This document shows, piece by piece, positions 61,359 to 64,000 of a DNA stretch of 64,000 nucleotides. This DNA comes from Bilabrum cf. latius (taxonomy: Eukaryota). Under the pieces are notes generated by a model. That model saw only the letters and a program-made list of their open reading frames with translations, was not told the origin of the DNA and did no database searches. The stretch's first letter is position 1. Each line of letters begins with the position of its first letter. Location of the stretch: positions 806,001 to 870,000 of the forward strand of contig OZ237739.1 of the NCBI GenBank assembly GCA_965178125.1, given 5' to 3'. The position numbers and the translations under genes are program-made.

Positions 61359-64000
61359 TCACTACCCAACAAGCGTGGATGGCCTCGGCGGTGCGTCAGG
61401 CCTGCTGAACTTGTACAGCGCATACGCTTTCCCGGCATCGATGCAACGGGACACTAGCCACTTCTGGTCGGCTTGGGTTGACCCGTCCCAGGTTGCAGAT
61501 TCATCTACCGCCAAGGAGTGATTGGAGCTCGAGCTGGCCTGGGCTGTCGCACTCAACACGTCTGCCTGAGCGGTGCCGGCACTACTACTATTGCTACTGC
61601 TGGTGCTGCTACTACCGGCGCCGTGACTGGCGCTGCTACTGCTACCACCGATCTGTGCATCTGCTCTTGCGCCAGAAGCTCGAGTTGAAACCGGGCTAGA
61701 GCCCCTGGAACCGCTATCGGCTGGCGCTGTCGGCCTCACACGTGGTGCACTAGATGCAGGGATCTGTACTGTTTCCCCAGGCGGCGCTTGCAGCATCGAT
61801 GCAAGGGCGGGAAGCTATGCGTGAGCCACGTCTTTGGGGGGTAGCCTTGGCGACAACGCATCGAGACGCGGGAGCGTGAGCATGGCCTCGAGTGTCCGAA
61901 ATGGTAATTGAGCTGCTGCTGCGGCCGAAGTCCCTTCGACGCTGCCGCTACAGCTGCCGCCTAAGACGTCGACGTCGCAATCTGTTTCCGTATTGCTCAG
62001 CGATACCTCGCGCAAGTGCACCTAGTCTGCTACGGCGGCCCAATCGCGTACTGGATCACGCAAGCAATCGGGGTCGGACTGCTTGCGTTTCGGTGTCGAA
62101 TGGCTTCCGTGCGACACGCGGGCCGAGCTTGCATCTGGACTAGGAGTGGCGTTGCTCCCGGCAGCCTTGTCGACCCTGGCTCGCTTGGAGTTTGGTGCTG
62201 GAGATTCCGCCGATTCAGAACTGCTCCTGCTGCGCTTGCTGGGCTGAGTACGACCATTGCCTCCCGAAAATACGACCTGCATCAGTCCATCGCCCTGCAC
62301 CTCTTTTCCAACCACCCTGACAACTCTCTGCGGGTTGGTGTCACCGCTACCGGCCCCTTGCTCTTCAATGCCTCCAGCCCGCGCGACACCCAGCGATCGC
62401 AGCAGCACTGCGTCTTCTGCCGCGTCATCGACGACACCTGCAGCCGCACCTGCAGCTTTCATGGCCTCCTCGCTCCTAGGCTTGCCAAAGTTGTTCTTGC
62501 CCGATACCTGCAGCCCCAGGTTGCTGCCCAGCATCAGGGCGTGGGCCTGCTGCACGCGGTGCAGCCGGTCCAGCACTCGGTCCATCACCACGGTGCCGTC
62601 CTCAAACACGGCGTCCTACTCGTCCTCGCCCTCCTCGTACGCCTCGTTGCGGTTAACCACGTCGAAGCCCGAAGGGAACATGGGTCCTGCAAAGGTCTCA
62701 GACCTGCGCGGCATGAGCACCCAGGGAGCCCCAGTGTCGGCGATGAAAACGATCTGGTTCTTCGAGGGGTTCGATTCTACGCACGCAGCATCGCCGCTGT
62801 AGGCAGGCAGTCGTATGCTGTGCATGCTGCCTATTGCTCCTCGCTGGAACAGAAACACCTGGCCTGCCTTCACTCCCGTGTCTCTTGGATCAGGCAATGC
62901 AATCACCCATCGCTGGTCAGGCGACAATGCAGCCTGCGCCAGAGTTGTGCCATCCACGGGGTCAGCGTATGTCTCCTGCGCTTCAAGCTCGCACCCGCTG
63001 GAAGATTCGGCGCTGGTCTCCGTCTTAGCAGCTGCGTCGTCCTGTGCCGTGGATGATGCGCTGGAAGCGCCTCTGCTACTTGCACTGGCCCCAGAGGCTA
63101 CACCTAAGGCCTCAGGCTTCGCGACAATGTCACGCTCGGTGCATGTAAGCACGTGTACACCTGACTTGTTACACAGCAGGGCCACTGGGTCACCCCACTG
63201 GAACACGCTGTCCCGGCCGCTGCCTGCAGGCGCGCCCGATACCTCGCCATGACCAAGAGGCGGTTCCACCTCGCGGAGAGTTGGCGTCCCAGACGATGAA
63301 GCGGTCGGACTTACACCTAGCAGCGCCAGACTGAACCCGGGATCTGCTGGAGGTACTGGGCCTCGAGCTCTGGTCACGCTCACCTCCACCAGCTGGTGGT
63401 CCCGCGTTGCCAGAAGCAGGGTGGCCGAGGGAGGCTGCAGGGCACTGTCGGGATCGCTATCCGCGGCCATGCCTTTTCGGCGCATCCATGCTACGGATGC
63501 CCCGGCTGCGTCGGAGCCAGGTGCCTTGCGATGGGCTGCACTGGCAGGGGCTGTTTCAAAGGCGGCATCGTGCGGCTGCGATGCCCCGAGGCTGCCAAGG
63601 TCCACAGGGACGATTGACGCTCGGGATATCGAGCGGACTGGCGGCTATACAAGGCAACCTGGGCTTCCAACTCCTGCTGCCACTTGCGCCCTTGCAGCGA
63701 TGGCAGTCTTGGCACGTGCCAGCCCGTCAGGTTTGAAATTGATGACATGTGGGGGACCTTTCAGCAAAGTGCAAACAAGCAGGCCTGGTTCTCGTGGGTG
63801 CACGCATATCGACCGGATTCCAGAGGCCACTCTGCGAAGTACGATATTATGAAACAACAAACAGCGCGGCAGAGATTTGATTCTCGGTTCTACATGGCTG
63901 ATTGTCACGGGCGACGTTGCAGCCAAACGAAAGGCCTTACTTTGCGGCCCCTAGCAGCGATCCATCCTCAGGATCAATTGCACCAATAAATCCGTCTCCT
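61359..64000 (-). CDS. RBBP5/Swd1-like WD40 protein (5'-partial)
   Basis: One frame from the window edge across TAGs (63951, 63645, 62616, 62022, 61815, 61362) to a TGA. WD strands, then ETFAGPMFPSGFDVVNRNEAYEEGEDE*D and later DCDVDVL, resembling the RBBP5 acidic segment. Confidence 0.6.

Noticed and set aside
62616-62618. TAG aligned to the F of the RBBP5 'EDEFD' motif, suggesting another amino acid
   Set aside because: It is a single site in a divergent protein and is outweighed by the Gln anchors in CCT3, MFSD1 and GNAT. Kept as a caveat.
1-64000. Mass pseudogenisation or sequencing error as the cause of the broken ORFs
   Set aside because: Interruptions are exclusively TAG, never TAA, TGA or unexplained frameshifts. 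They affect essential genes and fall at Gln positions.

Overview
This is gene-dense nuclear DNA from a GC-rich, flagellated microbial eukaryote. It has short GT-AG introns and Ala/Gly/Ser-rich low-complexity inserts. A bicosoecid-like stramenopile is my tentative guess, not shown by the sequence. The main result is a non-standard genetic code. Almost every gene is broken by in-frame TAG codons, and reading TAG as glutamine joins the ORF fragments into about 24 full-length genes. Several TAGs fall where the family normally has Gln: CCT3 'SRA*DEEVGDGTTS' and 'REA*LGNI', MFSD1 'LIG*IIFA', GNAT 'DF*AFEEE'. Another sits inside the patatin catalytic motif 'GTS*G'. I found no in-frame internal TAA or TGA in the exons. 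Inferred stops are TGA (22 of 23) or TAA (1), so UAG appears to be reassigned independently of UAA. Genes recovered: peroxidase-DOMON fusion (partial), SPRTN, ABCB6/HMT1-type transporter, FAM50/XAP5, POLD2, MFSD1, DUS3, COG1-like, FAM166-like, SLC25 carrier, Tim17-like, GNAT, JmjC, SPCS1, CCT3, TMEM216-like, DUF6259-like secreted protein, NTE/PNPLA6, SET-domain protein, HBS1, RBBP5-like (partial) and three unknowns. Non-coding features are a MITE-like element, a tRNA-Ser(GCU) 3' fragment and a (CCCCTG)n tract. All family assignments come from motif recognition by eye; no searches were run.
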